39,037 nt of DNA, taken from a virus. Location: the UHGV virus genome UHGV-2079062; one strand, written 5' to 3'. This document shows positions 1 through 9,736 of the stretch, piece by piece. The notes beneath the pieces were generated by a model. The model had not been told where the DNA came from. It made no database searches and saw only the letters and a list, made by a program, of their open reading frames with translations. How positions within the stretch are numbered: the stretch's first letter is position 1; each line of letters opens with the position of its first letter. A program made the translations under genes and the position numbers.

Positions 1-120
1 TGAAAAACAGGCTGAGCACGGTGTACGTCAGCCCGGAAAAGTGCATATCCAGCAGAACATCATGAAAATAATGGGTACTGTAAGTAAGCGTGCAGCAAGA
101 ACCGTATTGACGGGGATGTG

Positions 121-1659
121 TTATTCAGTCGGCAGTGCTACGCGCCAGGGGAGCAGTTCGCCGACCCGGTTTATCGGCCAGTCGGCTATGACGTCAAGGA
201 CATAGCGGAGGTAGCTTTCTGGCTCCACTCCGTTCAGTTTGCACGTCCCGATCAGGCTGTACAGCAGCGCTCCCCGCTCTCCTCCATGATCCGAACCGAA
301 GAACAGGTAGTTTTTGCGGCCCAGACTGACCATCCGCAACGCATTTTCAGCGATGTTATTGTCCGCCTCAGCCCAGCCATCATCTGCATAGTACGTCAGC
401 GCCGGCCACTGGTTCAGGGCGTATGCGAACGCTTTCGCCAGTTCTGAGTGTCGCGACAGGGTTTTCATCTTTTCACGCAGCCAGCTTTCCAGGGATTTCA
501 GCAGCGGTTTCGTTTTCAACTGACGTTCGGCAAGGCGCTGCTCCGCCGTCATTCCCCTTATCTCTGCCTCGATGGCGTACAGTTCGCCGATCCGTTTCAG
601 CGCTTCCTCCGTCAGGGCTGACGGGGTGCGAACGTGCACATCGTGGATTTTACGGCGGGCGTGAGCCCAACAGGCGGCTTCCGTTATCCGGCCATCCCGG
701 TACAGCTCGTTGAACCCGGCGTATGCATCCGCCTGCAGTACACCACTGAACCCCGCAAGATGGGTCTGCGGATGGATGCCTTTTCTGTCCGGGCTGTAAG
801 CGAACCACACCGCCGGCGCCAGCGTTGACCCGGCGTTACGGTCGTCACGAACGTAGGTCCATAACCGCCCGGTCTTCGTTTTCTTATTGCCTGGCAACAG
901 CACCGGGACAGGCGTGTCATCAGCATGGAGCTTACCGTCAGTCAGCACATAGTCCTGAAGCGCTTCTTCCAGCGGTGACAGTAGCCGGCAGCATGCATCC
1001 ACCCAGCCCGACAGCAGTGAACGACTCAGCTCCACGCCCTGGCGGCCGTACATTTCAGACTGGCGGTACAGCGGGGTGTGCTCTGCATACTTTGAGATCA
1101 GCACGCGGGCCAGCAGCCCCGGTCCTGCGATACCCCGCTCGATGGGCCGTGAAGGCGCGGGGGCCTGCACGATGGCATCGCACTGAGTACAGGCATGCTT
1201 TTCACGTACAGTCCGGATAACCCGGAAGGCGCTGCGCATCAGCTCCAGCTGTTCGGCGGCATCCTCACCCAGATAGCTCAGCGAGCCTCCACATTCCGGG
1301 CAGCATGACGCTGCCGGCAGCAGCCGTTTTTCATCGCGGGGGAGTGATTCGGGGAACGGTTTGCGGGTGCGGGTTTGACGCAGCGGGCGCTGCACGGCCG
1401 GGTCGTCAACCCGACCGGTAAGGGTATCACTTTCTTTCTGAAGTGCCTTCAGGTCAGCTTCCATCTGTGCGATACGACGGGAGACTTTTTCCGAGCGGCT
1501 GCCGAAGTTCATCCGGCGCAGCTTATCCAGCTGTGCCTGCAGATGGTCTATTTCGCGTTCACGCTCGTTCAGCTTTTCCTGCAGGGCACGGTTCAGCGCC
1601 TCCTGTTCGGCAAGGAGACGTTTCAGTGCATTGATATCGTCAGGAAGTGAGCTGCTCAT
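121..1659 (-). CDS. IS66-family transposase (TnpC/Orf3)
   Basis: 512-aa ORF with N-terminal coiled-coil/leucine-zipper region, CxxC...CxxC zinc motif and conserved IS66 transposase core, recognised from translation. Confidence 0.9.
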   Translation of the reverse strand: MSSSLPDDINALKRLLAEQEALNRALQEKLNEREREIDHLQAQLDKLRRMNFGSRSEKVSRRIAQMEADLKALQKESDTLTGRVDDPAVQRPLRQTRTRKPFPESLPRDEKRLLPAASCCPECGGSLSYLGEDAAEQLELMRSAFRVIRTVREKHACTQCDAIVQAPAPSRPIERGIAGPGLLARVLISKYAEHTPLYRQSEMYGRQGVELSRSLLSGWVDACCRLLSPLEEALQDYVLTDGKLHADDTPVPVLLPGNKKTKTGRLWTYVRDDRNAGSTLAPAVWFAYSPDRKGIHPQTHLAGFSGVLQADAYAGFNELYRDGRITEAACWAHARRKIHDVHVRTPSALTEEALKRIGELYAIEAEIRGMTAEQRLAERQLKTKPLLKSLESWLREKMKTLSRHSELAKAFAYALNQWPALTYYADDGWAEADNNIAENALRMVSLGRKNYLFFGSDHGGERGALLYSLIGTCKLNGVEPESYLRYVLDVIADWPINRVGELLPWRVALPTE

Positions 1660-1707
1660 ACCGGGTATATTACCAGGCTCATTCAGCGTCGACCAGGATA
1701 AAGAGGC

Positions 1708-2055
1708 TTACAACATAGTCAGGGACGTAAGCAGTCTTTTAGGCTGCCGCCAGTCGATACCTTCCAGCAGCATCGCCAGCTGTGCCGGTGTGAGGAACAC
1801 TTTGCCATCCCGGGCTGACGGCCAGGCGAAGCGGCCGCGCTCCAGCCGTTTGGTCAGCAGACACAGTCCATCGCCGGTAGACCAGAGGAGCTTTACCTGA
1901 CTGCCATTACGCCCACGGAAGATAAAAACGTGACCTGACATCGGATCGTCTTTCAGCGTCGTCTGCACCTTTGCCGCCAGGCCGTTGAAGCCGTTTCTCA
2001 TATCGGTGATGCCAGCGACCAGCCAGATCTTTGTCCCTGATGGTAATGGGATCAA
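1708..2055 (-). CDS. IS66-family accessory protein TnpB (Orf2)
   Basis: 115-aa ORF immediately upstream of the transposase, overlapping tnpA stop by 4 nt; sequence typical of IS66 Orf2. Confidence 0.85.
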   Translation of the reverse strand: MIPLPSGTKIWLVAGITDMRNGFNGLAAKVQTTLKDDPMSGHVFIFRGRNGSQVKLLWSTGDGLCLLTKRLERGRFAWPSARDGKVFLTPAQLAMLLEGIDWRQPKRLLTSLTML

Positions 2056-2456
2056 CGTTTGAGCTCCCGTATCAGCAGGTTCAGGATATTTTCGCTGATG
2101 GCACCATTCAGACGGAGTGATCCGTGCCGGAACGTCACTTCACAGCTGATATTGAGTGATTCAGGTGTCGCAGCAGCTACAGGTTGTGACCGGGGGGAGG
2201 TTGTAGGGACAACATCTTCGGCATCAAGTGTTATCGGGAGCAGCTCAGGCACGTTGTTTTCTGTTGTTGAAGGAGGACGTAGTTTTCCTTCGCGCCAGTA
2301 CTGGCGCCACTTGAACAGCAAATTATCGTTGATCCCATGCTCACGAGCGAGTTGCGCTACGGAGATCTCTGGTCGATGCGAGAGTTCAACCATTTTGATT
2401 TTGAACTCAACGGGATAATTAGGGCTTTTTTTACGCACTGCGGTTAATGATTTCAT
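2052..2456 (-). CDS. IS66-family accessory protein TnpA (Orf1)
   Basis: 134-aa ORF, first gene of the IS66 operon; helix-turn-helix-like N-terminus. Confidence 0.75.
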   Translation of the reverse strand: MKSLTAVRKKSPNYPVEFKIKMVELSHRPEISVAQLAREHGINDNLLFKWRQYWREGKLRPPSTTENNVPELLPITLDAEDVVPTTSPRSQPVAAATPESLNISCEVTFRHGSLRLNGAISENILNLLIRELKR

Positions 2457-2525
2457 GGATTGCGTCCACCATATTTGGTGTCCACTATTCTCTCAGGAAT
2501 TTCAGGATCTGCCAGACGGTGCTGA

Positions 2526-2645
<120 letters not shown>

Positions 2646-2724
2646 TGAGTCTTTAAGTGATAAGCATAAACCGCAGCACGATCTTGCATACGACGTGCTA
2701 CGGCTTCCGACATCTTGCTAAACG

Positions 2725-3138
2725 TTAACTGACCGAATCTGGCTGAATAGGCAGTGACTGTGTCCAGTCACCAGCCCTGATATATGCACGTAATGATTTA
2801 CGGTACTCAGTCCACTCTGTAAGTGCCGACTTCACTGCGTTCTCAGTTGTGTCAGTGTAGTCAGCATCCTGGATCTGATCGTTCAACAAATCGATTTGAG
2901 TTGTTGCGCGAGCATACTCAGAGTTTGATATTGCCATATTTTCCGCGGCTAATTCGGCAACTGATTTTTCAATAACTGGCGCCGTGAAATTAGTACCGTC
3001 ATATGTCCAGTTTATTCCTGCGGCAATGCCAGTAATATTAATGACGGTGTAATCCGGAAATAATTTTTTTGCATCGTTATCTGAATTACAGACAACCGTA
3101 TTTACGACGACATTATTTTTAATTAATGCGTAATTCAT
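2725..3138 (-). CDS. phage tail fiber assembly protein (Tfa)
   Basis: 137-aa ORF immediately downstream of the tail fiber gene with ATGA start/stop overlap; N-terminal [11 protein letters not shown] motif typical of Tfa chaperones. Confidence 0.75.
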   Translation of the reverse strand: MNYALIKNNVVVNTVVCNSDNDAKKLFPDYTVINITGIAAGINWTYDGTNFTAPVIEKSVAELAAENMAISNSEYARATTQIDLLNDQIQDADYTDTTENAVKSALTEWTEYRKSLRAYIRAGDWTQSLPIQPDSVS

Positions 3139-4052
3139 TATGCAAACTCCTCAATCACGCAGATCCCAGGCGCTCCTGTTCCACCGGCTTTTAGCACTCC
3201 TGAAAAAGCGGTGTCATAAGCAGCACCTCCGCCAGCACCATATGCTTTGGCTGCAACACCATTAGCAGAACCAGCACGACCACCTCCCCCCCAGAACGAA
3301 GCCGCACCATTACCAAATGAGTAATAACTTCCCTGCTGACCGTCACTACCATAGCCACCATGGATATTGATTAGCCCGCCAGTAGCTGTTCCAGCTGCAC
3401 CACCAGAACCAACTGACGGAGTGTTTACGCCGGATCCACTACCACCGCGACCGGCTGACATTCCATTAAATGTTGATGTCCCACCTGGATTATCAGCTGT
3501 TCCACCTGCTCCGATAACGACAGAAAAATCACTGATATCTTCAAGGTCAAAAATACCGATGCAGGTTGCGGCAGAGCCACCTCCACCTCCAAACGCCGTC
3601 TGAGAAAATGATGTGGCGATGACAGAACTACCACCGCCACCTCCCCCGGTAAGAATTACCTTAATTTTCCGGGTACCCGGTGTTGGGGTGTAAGTACCAG
3701 ATGAGGTAATCACTTGAGTATTAAGCAAGCGGCCTACTACACCGGAATCATCCACCAAACCAAGGTTTTCGAGAGCCGTTTGCACAGTGCCATCCGATTT
3801 GATATCGCCAAACGGATTCTTGCGGCTTAACAGCAGCGCACGAAGCGCGGTAAGCAGCTGGTCGTGCCGCGCCTTCTCCAGACTGGCACCGGATGCCTCC
3901 ACCACGCTGCAGAGTTCTTCCTGCAACATGTCAAAGTAGTCATCATCCAGATCGGTGGCTGGCGTGCCGGTCTGGGGGTTACCACGGGTAAAACCGTTCT
4001 TACCCGCGCCGAACTTATCCTTCTGCGCGGTTTTTGTGTCTATACGATGCAT
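3138..4052 (-). CDS. phage tail fiber protein, glycine-rich
   Basis: 304-aa ORF with conserved N-terminal tail-fiber region followed by long Gly-rich tracts; position between baseplate genes and tfa. Confidence 0.7.
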   Translation of the reverse strand: MHRIDTKTAQKDKFGAGKNGFTRGNPQTGTPATDLDDDYFDMLQEELCSVVEASGASLEKARHDQLLTALRALLLSRKNPFGDIKSDGTVQTALENLGLVDDSGVVGRLLNTQVITSSGTYTPTPGTRKIKVILTGGGGGGSSVIATSFSQTAFGGGGGSAATCIGIFDLEDISDFSVVIGAGGTADNPGGTSTFNGMSAGRGGSGSGVNTPSVGSGGAAGTATGGLINIHGGYGSDGQQGSYYSFGNGAASFWGGGGRAGSANGVAAKAYGAGGGAAYDTAFSGVLKAGGTGAPGICVIEEFA

Positions 4053-4055
4053 GGA

Positions 4056-4640
4056 TTACTCCGGATATTTAAAAATTACGTAGGTATGCGACGGGCAGAG
4101 TTTGTTAAGCACACATTCGACAACGGTGTCCCCCCAGATACGCAGTGCGGAATCACAGGGGTCGCCACATGTCATCCAGGTGGTGTTGGTGGCGGCTGGC
4201 ATGTTGACCTGCCAGTAATACCGCCATTCCGGCACATTCACCGCGTCAGTACAGGCCGATGAGCAGGTGAACGTGCTTTTATCGTATTGCGTGATAGTGG
4301 CGTCTGGTCTGCCCAGGGCAGCAAGCTGTGCAAGGTAAAAATCCTCATTGATGCCGCCCGCCAGATTAACCTTCGCATCCAGCCGTTGCTGACGCTGGCG
4401 AAGGGTCTGTGTCCCTGCGGGAATACATTCATCCGGCAGACCGCACAGACGCTCCCAACGGTTTATCAGTTCAGTGGTGGTGCGCGGATCCAGCTCCCGC
4501 ATCAGGGCATCCGCACGCTGATGAACACGGGTTAATGACGGTGCCGCACCAGCAATCGCCGGATCGCTGGCTGACCACGCCGGACCGGGCGGCAGCAGTG
4601 CCGACAACAGACGGATGTAATCATCGTTTGTCACGTCCAT
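4056..4640 (-). CDS. phage tail protein, Mu gp48-like (YmfQ/DUF2313 family)
   Basis: 194-aa ORF directly downstream of the baseplate J-like gene; synteny with Mu-type baseplate modules. Confidence 0.6.
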   Translation of the reverse strand: MDVTNDDYIRLLSALLPPGPAWSASDPAIAGAAPSLTRVHQRADALMRELDPRTTTELINRWERLCGLPDECIPAGTQTLRQRQQRLDAKVNLAGGINEDFYLAQLAALGRPDATITQYDKSTFTCSSACTDAVNVPEWRYYWQVNMPAATNTTWMTCGDPCDSALRIWGDTVVECVLNKLCPSHTYVIFKYPE

Positions 4641-5689
4641 GAAATCGCCCCCAGAACCGCCAGTTCATTTTTTGCAATGGAGATATTGTCCGCCGGTGCA
4701 AGCAACTGATGGCTGTATTCCCCGTTCGCACCGGAAATCGCCTCACTGATACGTGACACCTTCAGTTCTCCCTGCGGATAACCATCACGCAGCAGGAACG
4801 AACGCAACTCGGCGGTGATGGCAGCCCGTATTTCCGGTGTGTCCGGCGTCACGCGGATATGAAAATCCACCGTATGTGCCACCGGCCTGAACACATACAA
4901 ATCAGAGCCTGCCACCGGGGCCAGTGGCCCGATATGTTGTCTTGCCGCCGTTTCCGTTGATTCTTCCGGAATGGGATTAATCAGGTCACTGCTGGCAATC
5001 ATCACACCGACAGTTCCCGTTCCCATCCAGTGACGGTATGTCCATGCGCGGGTAATGCCGGGCACTTCTTTAGCCCAGACGACATAGTCCCCGTCAGCCC
5101 CGCCCTGCGGCGTCCAGTAATACCGCTCAATGACGCGGGCGCGCCACGTTTCCAGATCTTCAGTATCGAATCCGCCAGTCAGGGTATCTGCAACACCGGA
5201 AGACGGCAGACCATTCACCGGCGTGACCAGGATTAATGCCGTACCGTCGTCAGCGTTACCGACCGCGCCTGTAGTTGAGCAAGTGATCGGCACACGCAGG
5301 ACACCACCGGAGCTGATTGCATCGGCAGTTGCCGTGTACTGAACCAGGTCATCGCGCTGAATCACGCTCCCGGCAGTCACCTTCAGGCCATCGCTGACAC
5401 CTTCCCAGCGCATATACCCGCTGGCAGCCGTGGCCCCCTTGCGCGGACACCGTTTCATCGCAGCATGTCGCGCCAGCCAGGACTCATCGCACAGGTCAGG
5501 CAGCATATTCATTGCCAGATAATCGATGTACCCGTAAACCGTATGCAGCGCCGCCGCATACACCTTTGCCCGCACGTCTTCATCCATGCGCCGGAGCGTG
5601 TCGCTGACGTCCAGCCTGGCGAATAAATCGTTACGGAGCATACTGATATTTTCTGCCAGCGTCGGGCGCTGAAATTCACTGTCCGCCAT
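4631..5689 (-). CDS. baseplate J-like protein (Mu gp47-like)
   Basis: 352-aa ORF, size and position typical of baseplate J/gp47 wedge protein in Mu-like tails. Confidence 0.7.
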   Translation of the reverse strand: MADSEFQRPTLAENISMLRNDLFARLDVSDTLRRMDEDVRAKVYAAALHTVYGYIDYLAMNMLPDLCDESWLARHAAMKRCPRKGATAASGYMRWEGVSDGLKVTAGSVIQRDDLVQYTATADAISSGGVLRVPITCSTTGAVGNADDGTALILVTPVNGLPSSGVADTLTGGFDTEDLETWRARVIERYYWTPQGGADGDYVVWAKEVPGITRAWTYRHWMGTGTVGVMIASSDLINPIPEESTETAARQHIGPLAPVAGSDLYVFRPVAHTVDFHIRVTPDTPEIRAAITAELRSFLLRDGYPQGELKVSRISEAISGANGEYSHQLLAPADNISIAKNELAVLGAISWT

Positions 5690-6104
5690 GCGTTATCGCA
5701 CTCCACAGATCATCAAAAGAAATCATTACCGGTCCGTCACGACGCCAGAGAGTGATACTGTTACCCAGCTCATTAATCCCGGTGCGGCGGATATCCAGAT
5801 CAATACGGGACACCACGCCGTCATCAATCATCCATTGCAGGCATTCGCGGATATACCCCCTTACCGTCTGCACCAGCTGATTGGTCAGTTTGCTGCGCTG
5901 AAGCAGCCACAGTCGGGAGCCGTAACGGTCATTCTGTACCGCAGGCCAGGTATCCCCCCACCATCCCATCGGGACGTCGGCGTTGTCATCAGGCTCCGCC
6001 CGCCGCCAGGTGAACAGGGAAATCACCACGGCGCGGGTCAGCGGATCCAGCGGTGCGCTGGCGCAGGTGCGTTTACCGTTCACCGTCAGCCACAGTTCCA
6101 TCAT
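5676..6104 (-). CDS. phage baseplate protein, Mu gp46-like
   Basis: 142-aa ORF between gp45-like and gp47-like genes, overlapping both. Confidence 0.55.
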   Translation of the reverse strand: MMELWLTVNGKRTCASAPLDPLTRAVVISLFTWRRAEPDDNADVPMGWWGDTWPAVQNDRYGSRLWLLQRSKLTNQLVQTVRGYIRECLQWMIDDGVVSRIDLDIRRTGINELGNSITLWRRDGPVMISFDDLWSAITHGGQ

Positions 6105-6649
6105 GCCTCCATCGCTTTATCAGGTTTGTCGGTGTTACTGCCCTGACCGTTCTCTCTGTGACGATGCTCGTTATAGGCAAGCCGCATCGCTGACATGGTG
6201 GTGCCGCTGGAGTCGCACAGGTCTTTCACCTGTCCTGTCACTTCCAGGTCCATTTCAAAACGTGCTTTAGGTGAATTGCGAAACGTGATCGTTTTACCTG
6301 CACCGTCCACCACGATCCCCTCCCGGGTCAGCGTCACGGACTGCCCCTGATCGTCATAGACAGCCACCTCACCCGTCTGCAGCCCTTTCAGGCGGTAACG
6401 CCGATCCGACACCGTAACAACCACCGCATGAGAACGGTCACCATCCGGAAACAACACCACCGCTTCCGCACCGCTGTTTGCCCTTGCGGTAAAACCGTAA
6501 GGTTCAAGATGTTCAACCCCGGCTTTGGGTTCACCGGCAATCAGGGACACATCCACGGTCTGACATTTCGTGGCGGCACTGATGCTTTTCACCACGGCCC
6601 GCCCAATCAGGCCGAGGAGTTGTCGCTGCATGGCTTCAATCGTCCTCAT
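6101..6649 (-). CDS. baseplate assembly protein V / spike (Mu gp45-like)
   Basis: 182-aa ORF in canonical position after the hub gene. Confidence 0.6.
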   Translation of the reverse strand: MRTIEAMQRQLLGLIGRAVVKSISAATKCQTVDVSLIAGEPKAGVEHLEPYGFTARANSGAEAVVLFPDGDRSHAVVVTVSDRRYRLKGLQTGEVAVYDDQGQSVTLTREGIVVDGAGKTITFRNSPKARFEMDLEVTGQVKDLCDSSGTTMSAMRLAYNEHRHRENGQGSNTDKPDKAMEA

Positions 6650-7728
6650 CAGAACGGGTCCTCCTGTACTCTGGCTTTTTTCTTTTTCCGCGCGCCGGGG
6701 GCTTCGGGTTCAGGCAGATAAGCATCAGGTGGGCCGACACGGATTTCCGTCAGAGTGCCGTTCTGGTCCTGAGTAAACGTGACTTCCGAAACAAGCAGTT
6801 CGGTATTGTCGAAACCACAGACCGGATCAAAGACAATCACCCGCTGGTTGGGCTGCCACAGCGTACCATTACCCTGTCGCCAGCCCTGCACCACATAGGT
6901 GGTTTCATCCGTCCGCGCCGCCCGTTGTCGGGCTTCAAAGTCCGCACGGGCAATACAGCCTGCCCCCGTAGCCTGCCCTGTCTGCCTGATATACATCGGA
7001 CGGTAACGGGCAATAAATGCGTCCTCTGTGCGGGCCCGCAGCGCGGTGGTGGTGGCCTCACCGAAATCATCGTCGTTTCCGGCACGCTGCCCCGCCACCT
7101 GGTAAACAGAAAACCGCTCCCGGATACTCTTCTCCGTATCGCAGGAAAGGATGTTTTCCCCGAGTACCAGCGCAGTATGTGCCCGCGTTGAGCCAATACC
7201 GCCAATCACCAGCCTGCCGTGCGGGTCGTCGTAAGCCAGTGCCTGCTGCTGACCGAGTATTTTGTTGATTACCTCAATCACCGTTTCACCGTAATCAGGC
7301 TGGACATCAGGAATAACACCCGACGGCGCACCGTTGTTCACCACCTCAATGCCGAAAGGCGCAGCAAGCGCCTGCGCAATCTGTACCAGCGATCGTCCGT
7401 TAAACTGTGTCGGTTCGGCTGCACAGTCAATCAGGTCAGCGGTCAGACTGCGTCCGGCAATACCGGTGCTGACCGAACGGGCATCGTAACGAACGGGCGT
7501 CGCCTCCACCCAGCCGGTGATCACCAGCTCATCACCAATCAGCACCTCCACTTTTGAACCGTTTTTAATGCGCGGCTGAAGCGTGGTAATACCCTCATCT
7601 CCCGGCCACTGGCGGGTGATCTCCACACTGAAATCCCGCGCCAGCCGTTCAATACCGGCACCGATGCGCACCGATGTCCAGCCATTCCACTCCCGGCCAT
7701 TTACCCGTAGCGTGACATTGTCGTTCAT
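6649..7728 (-). CDS. baseplate hub protein (Mu gp44 / P-like)
   Basis: 359-aa ORF downstream of the DNA circulation gene; synteny with Mu P. Confidence 0.6.
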   Translation of the reverse strand: MNDNVTLRVNGREWNGWTSVRIGAGIERLARDFSVEITRQWPGDEGITTLQPRIKNGSKVEVLIGDELVITGWVEATPVRYDARSVSTGIAGRSLTADLIDCAAEPTQFNGRSLVQIAQALAAPFGIEVVNNGAPSGVIPDVQPDYGETVIEVINKILGQQQALAYDDPHGRLVIGGIGSTRAHTALVLGENILSCDTEKSIRERFSVYQVAGQRAGNDDDFGEATTTALRARTEDAFIARYRPMYIRQTGQATGAGCIARADFEARQRAARTDETTYVVQGWRQGNGTLWQPNQRVIVFDPVCGFDNTELLVSEVTFTQDQNGTLTEIRVGPPDAYLPEPEAPGARKKKKARVQEDPF

Positions 7729-9053
7729 TGCACTGGCACCTTCAGAGGGATCACCGGCACAAAGCCGGGATGCGTAATGGCATTACGCCGGATAATGTCC
7801 GCATCACGCGCCGCGTTATCAAACCAGGTCGCCGCCAGCACCAGCGCGGGTAAAACCTCATCCGGCGTGCGCTGAATGATCCGTGCAGACTGTTCAAGGC
7901 GCGTGTTGATATCCGCATTCAGATCTGCTTTCACCCGGCGCAGCGCCAGAAACAGCGCATCACTGGTTGTACGGGACAACTCCTTATCAATTGCCGTATT
8001 CAGTGTGTCGCGAATGTCAGTCAGTTCTTCCCACGTCGGCAGGTCAACCGTGCTTTTCACCGCCGGAGCATTGTTCAGTGCCGGATGCGTGACGGAAGGC
8101 CAGTCAGTGCTCTGCGCGGGTGTTGTTGCCTGCCCCACTGCGGCATTCTGCATCACCGCGGAAGTTGTTGGCGCAGGCAATCGGGTGACGGCATACGCCG
8201 CTTCGCTGATTGCGGTCGTACGAAGGATGCTGGCAACCACGTTACGCTGCTGCGTCGCCGTGGCGGTGGTTTTACTGTCCGTTTTCCAGACGCCGCGCGG
8301 TTGCAGATCGCTGCCGAGGCTGACACCGGAAAGCGTTTTGATCATGGTGACCAGGTCGCTGGCGTTACCATAAAGGCGTTTCCCGGTACGCCACATTTTC
8401 TGCACCTGCTCAACGAAATTTTTGCCTGACGATGGTGGCGGCAGAAGTACCGAGATATCCCCCTGCAACAGCCTGGCGGCATCCGATACGGCAGAATCCA
8501 CCACTTTCATCGCATCAGAAACATACCCAAGCATTGTGCTGGCATTACCGATAACGTCGTTCTGCACAAAATCCGCCACGCCATCGATACTGAAACCGCT
8601 GAAGCTGTCACTGATGCAGTCATCCAGTGCAGAACAGGATGACATCAGCGTCTGCGCCGTCGCCACGCCTGATGTGGGGTAAGAGAGATCTCCCGCTTCG
8701 ACAAACTTCAGGTCAAAGCGGACAATACGCCCTTCACTCTTCGATGTGCTGACCCGAACTTCCCCGTCAACACAGACTTTCAGCTCACCGTATGTCGGGT
8801 GGACAAGCGTGCCGGGACCGGGTTTATTCAGCGCGTCAATCAGGCGATCGCGCTGGTCAAAGCAGTCATCTCCCACCACATAAGCCGTGATGGACGGGCG
8901 GAAAGTGACTTTTCCCAGATCTTCGGTATAGGGTTTGTCGCGGTTCGGATATTCGTGTGTTTCCACACGACGGCCGGTTCCCGCACTTTCTTCTTCAACC
9001 TTAAACGGCACACCTCGAAATGACGCATCCTGAAGCCTGTCTTTCCACGTCAT
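7725..9053 (-). CDS. DNA circulation protein (Mu gp43 / N-like)
   Basis: About 442-aa ORF; ATG at 9053 preceded by GGAG; the ORF track extends to a GTG at 9059. Position after tape measure region matches Mu N. Confidence 0.65.
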   Translation of the reverse strand: MTWKDRLQDASFRGVPFKVEEESAGTGRRVETHEYPNRDKPYTEDLGKVTFRPSITAYVVGDDCFDQRDRLIDALNKPGPGTLVHPTYGELKVCVDGEVRVSTSKSEGRIVRFDLKFVEAGDLSYPTSGVATAQTLMSSCSALDDCISDSFSGFSIDGVADFVQNDVIGNASTMLGYVSDAMKVVDSAVSDAARLLQGDISVLLPPPSSGKNFVEQVQKMWRTGKRLYGNASDLVTMIKTLSGVSLGSDLQPRGVWKTDSKTTATATQQRNVVASILRTTAISEAAYAVTRLPAPTTSAVMQNAAVGQATTPAQSTDWPSVTHPALNNAPAVKSTVDLPTWEELTDIRDTLNTAIDKELSRTTSDALFLALRRVKADLNADINTRLEQSARIIQRTPDEVLPALVLAATWFDNAARDADIIRRNAITHPGFVPVIPLKVPVQ

Positions 9054-9063
9054 ATACACTCCG

Positions 9064-9094
9064 AAAATAAAAAAGCCACCTATTAGAAGGTGGC
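9064..9094 (-). terminator. rho-independent terminator downstream of the tail-module moron
   Basis: Minus-strand stem GCCACC/GGTGGC (9075..9080 / 9089..9094) followed by a T-rich run (9064..9074). Confidence 0.55.
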
Positions 9095-9114
9095 CTTGTA
9101 ATGAATTTTATTAA

Positions 9115-9645
9115 TTAGCGAGTCAGAAACAACGAATCTTTATACTTTTGCTGTTGTTCATTTAAATACTTAGCTGTTTCATCGCTGGCAAATGGAAATA
9201 TTACCGTATTTTTAGGCATGGTAATTTCTTTTTTGTCCAGCGTCAGAGTAAACATAGGAACATACTGAGCAGAGTAACGCACCGCAGAAACGAGCTCTAG
9301 TTTAGACTCTTCAATAACACTTAAATTATCCAGGCTAACTTTCTCTTCATCTTTTTTCTTTGACGCATTTAAAGTTTTTATTACTTTATTTAATTTCTCC
9401 TGAAAATCCTCCTTAAAGTTTTCAGGATTGCCGTCGACAACAAGAATCTGTTCACCCTGATTATCTGGAAAAATAATCTTTGCACTTATCAATTTATTTT
9501 CTTTATAAACATCACCAAGTTTTATGGCTCCTCCAGATAACTGAATAATATGTTCATCTTTAAAGGAGATGTTGCCAGAGATTATGAGAGATGAAAAAAT
9601 AGCCGCTGCTCCAAGAATTACACTTGCTGTGATATAGCCTTTCAT
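9115..9645 (-). CDS. hypothetical secreted or membrane-anchored protein (moron inserted in tail module)
   Basis: 176-aa ORF in a markedly AT-rich segment; N-terminal hydrophobic signal/anchor (MKGYITASVILGAAAIFSSLIISG); lysine-rich; no counterpart in Mu-type tail synteny; flanked by its own promoter-like and terminator sequences. Confidence 0.6.
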   Translation of the reverse strand: MKGYITASVILGAAAIFSSLIISGNISFKDEHIIQLSGGAIKLGDVYKENKLISAKIIFPDNQGEQILVVDGNPENFKEDFQEKLNKVIKTLNASKKKDEEKVSLDNLSVIEESKLELVSAVRYSAQYVPMFTLTLDKKEITMPKNTVIFPFASDETAKYLNEQQQKYKDSLFLTR

Positions 9646-9680
9646 TTTTCGCCTATTAACATTTTTCTAAATGTGCATTA

Positions 9681-9708
9681 ATTCTATCACTCTATTTATG
9701 ACTTACAA
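9681..9708 (-). promoter_or_regulatory. candidate sigma70 promoter for the moron (TTGTAA-N16-TAGAAT)
   Basis: Minus-strand -35 TTGTAA (9708..9703) and -10 TAGAAT (9686..9681), about 35 nt upstream of the moron ATG; by eye only. Confidence 0.35.
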
Positions 9709-9736
9709 CCAGCAATACATGTGAGGGGAATCCTGG

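Noticed and set aside
118-1220. Plus-strand ORFs (109, 96, 64, 131 aa) inside the IS66 transposase region
   Set aside because: All overlap the conserved IS66 transposase on the opposite strand; Arg/Pro-rich low-complexity translations typical of antisense GC-rich DNA.
3138-4052. Possible CRISPR or tandem-repeat array suggested by repetitive GGTGG/GCCACC tracts in the tail fiber gene
   Set aside because: The repetition is codon-level (poly-Gly/Ala/Ser collagen-like tracts) within a continuous ORF; no direct repeat-spacer periodicity. No CRISPR array is evident anywhere in the window.
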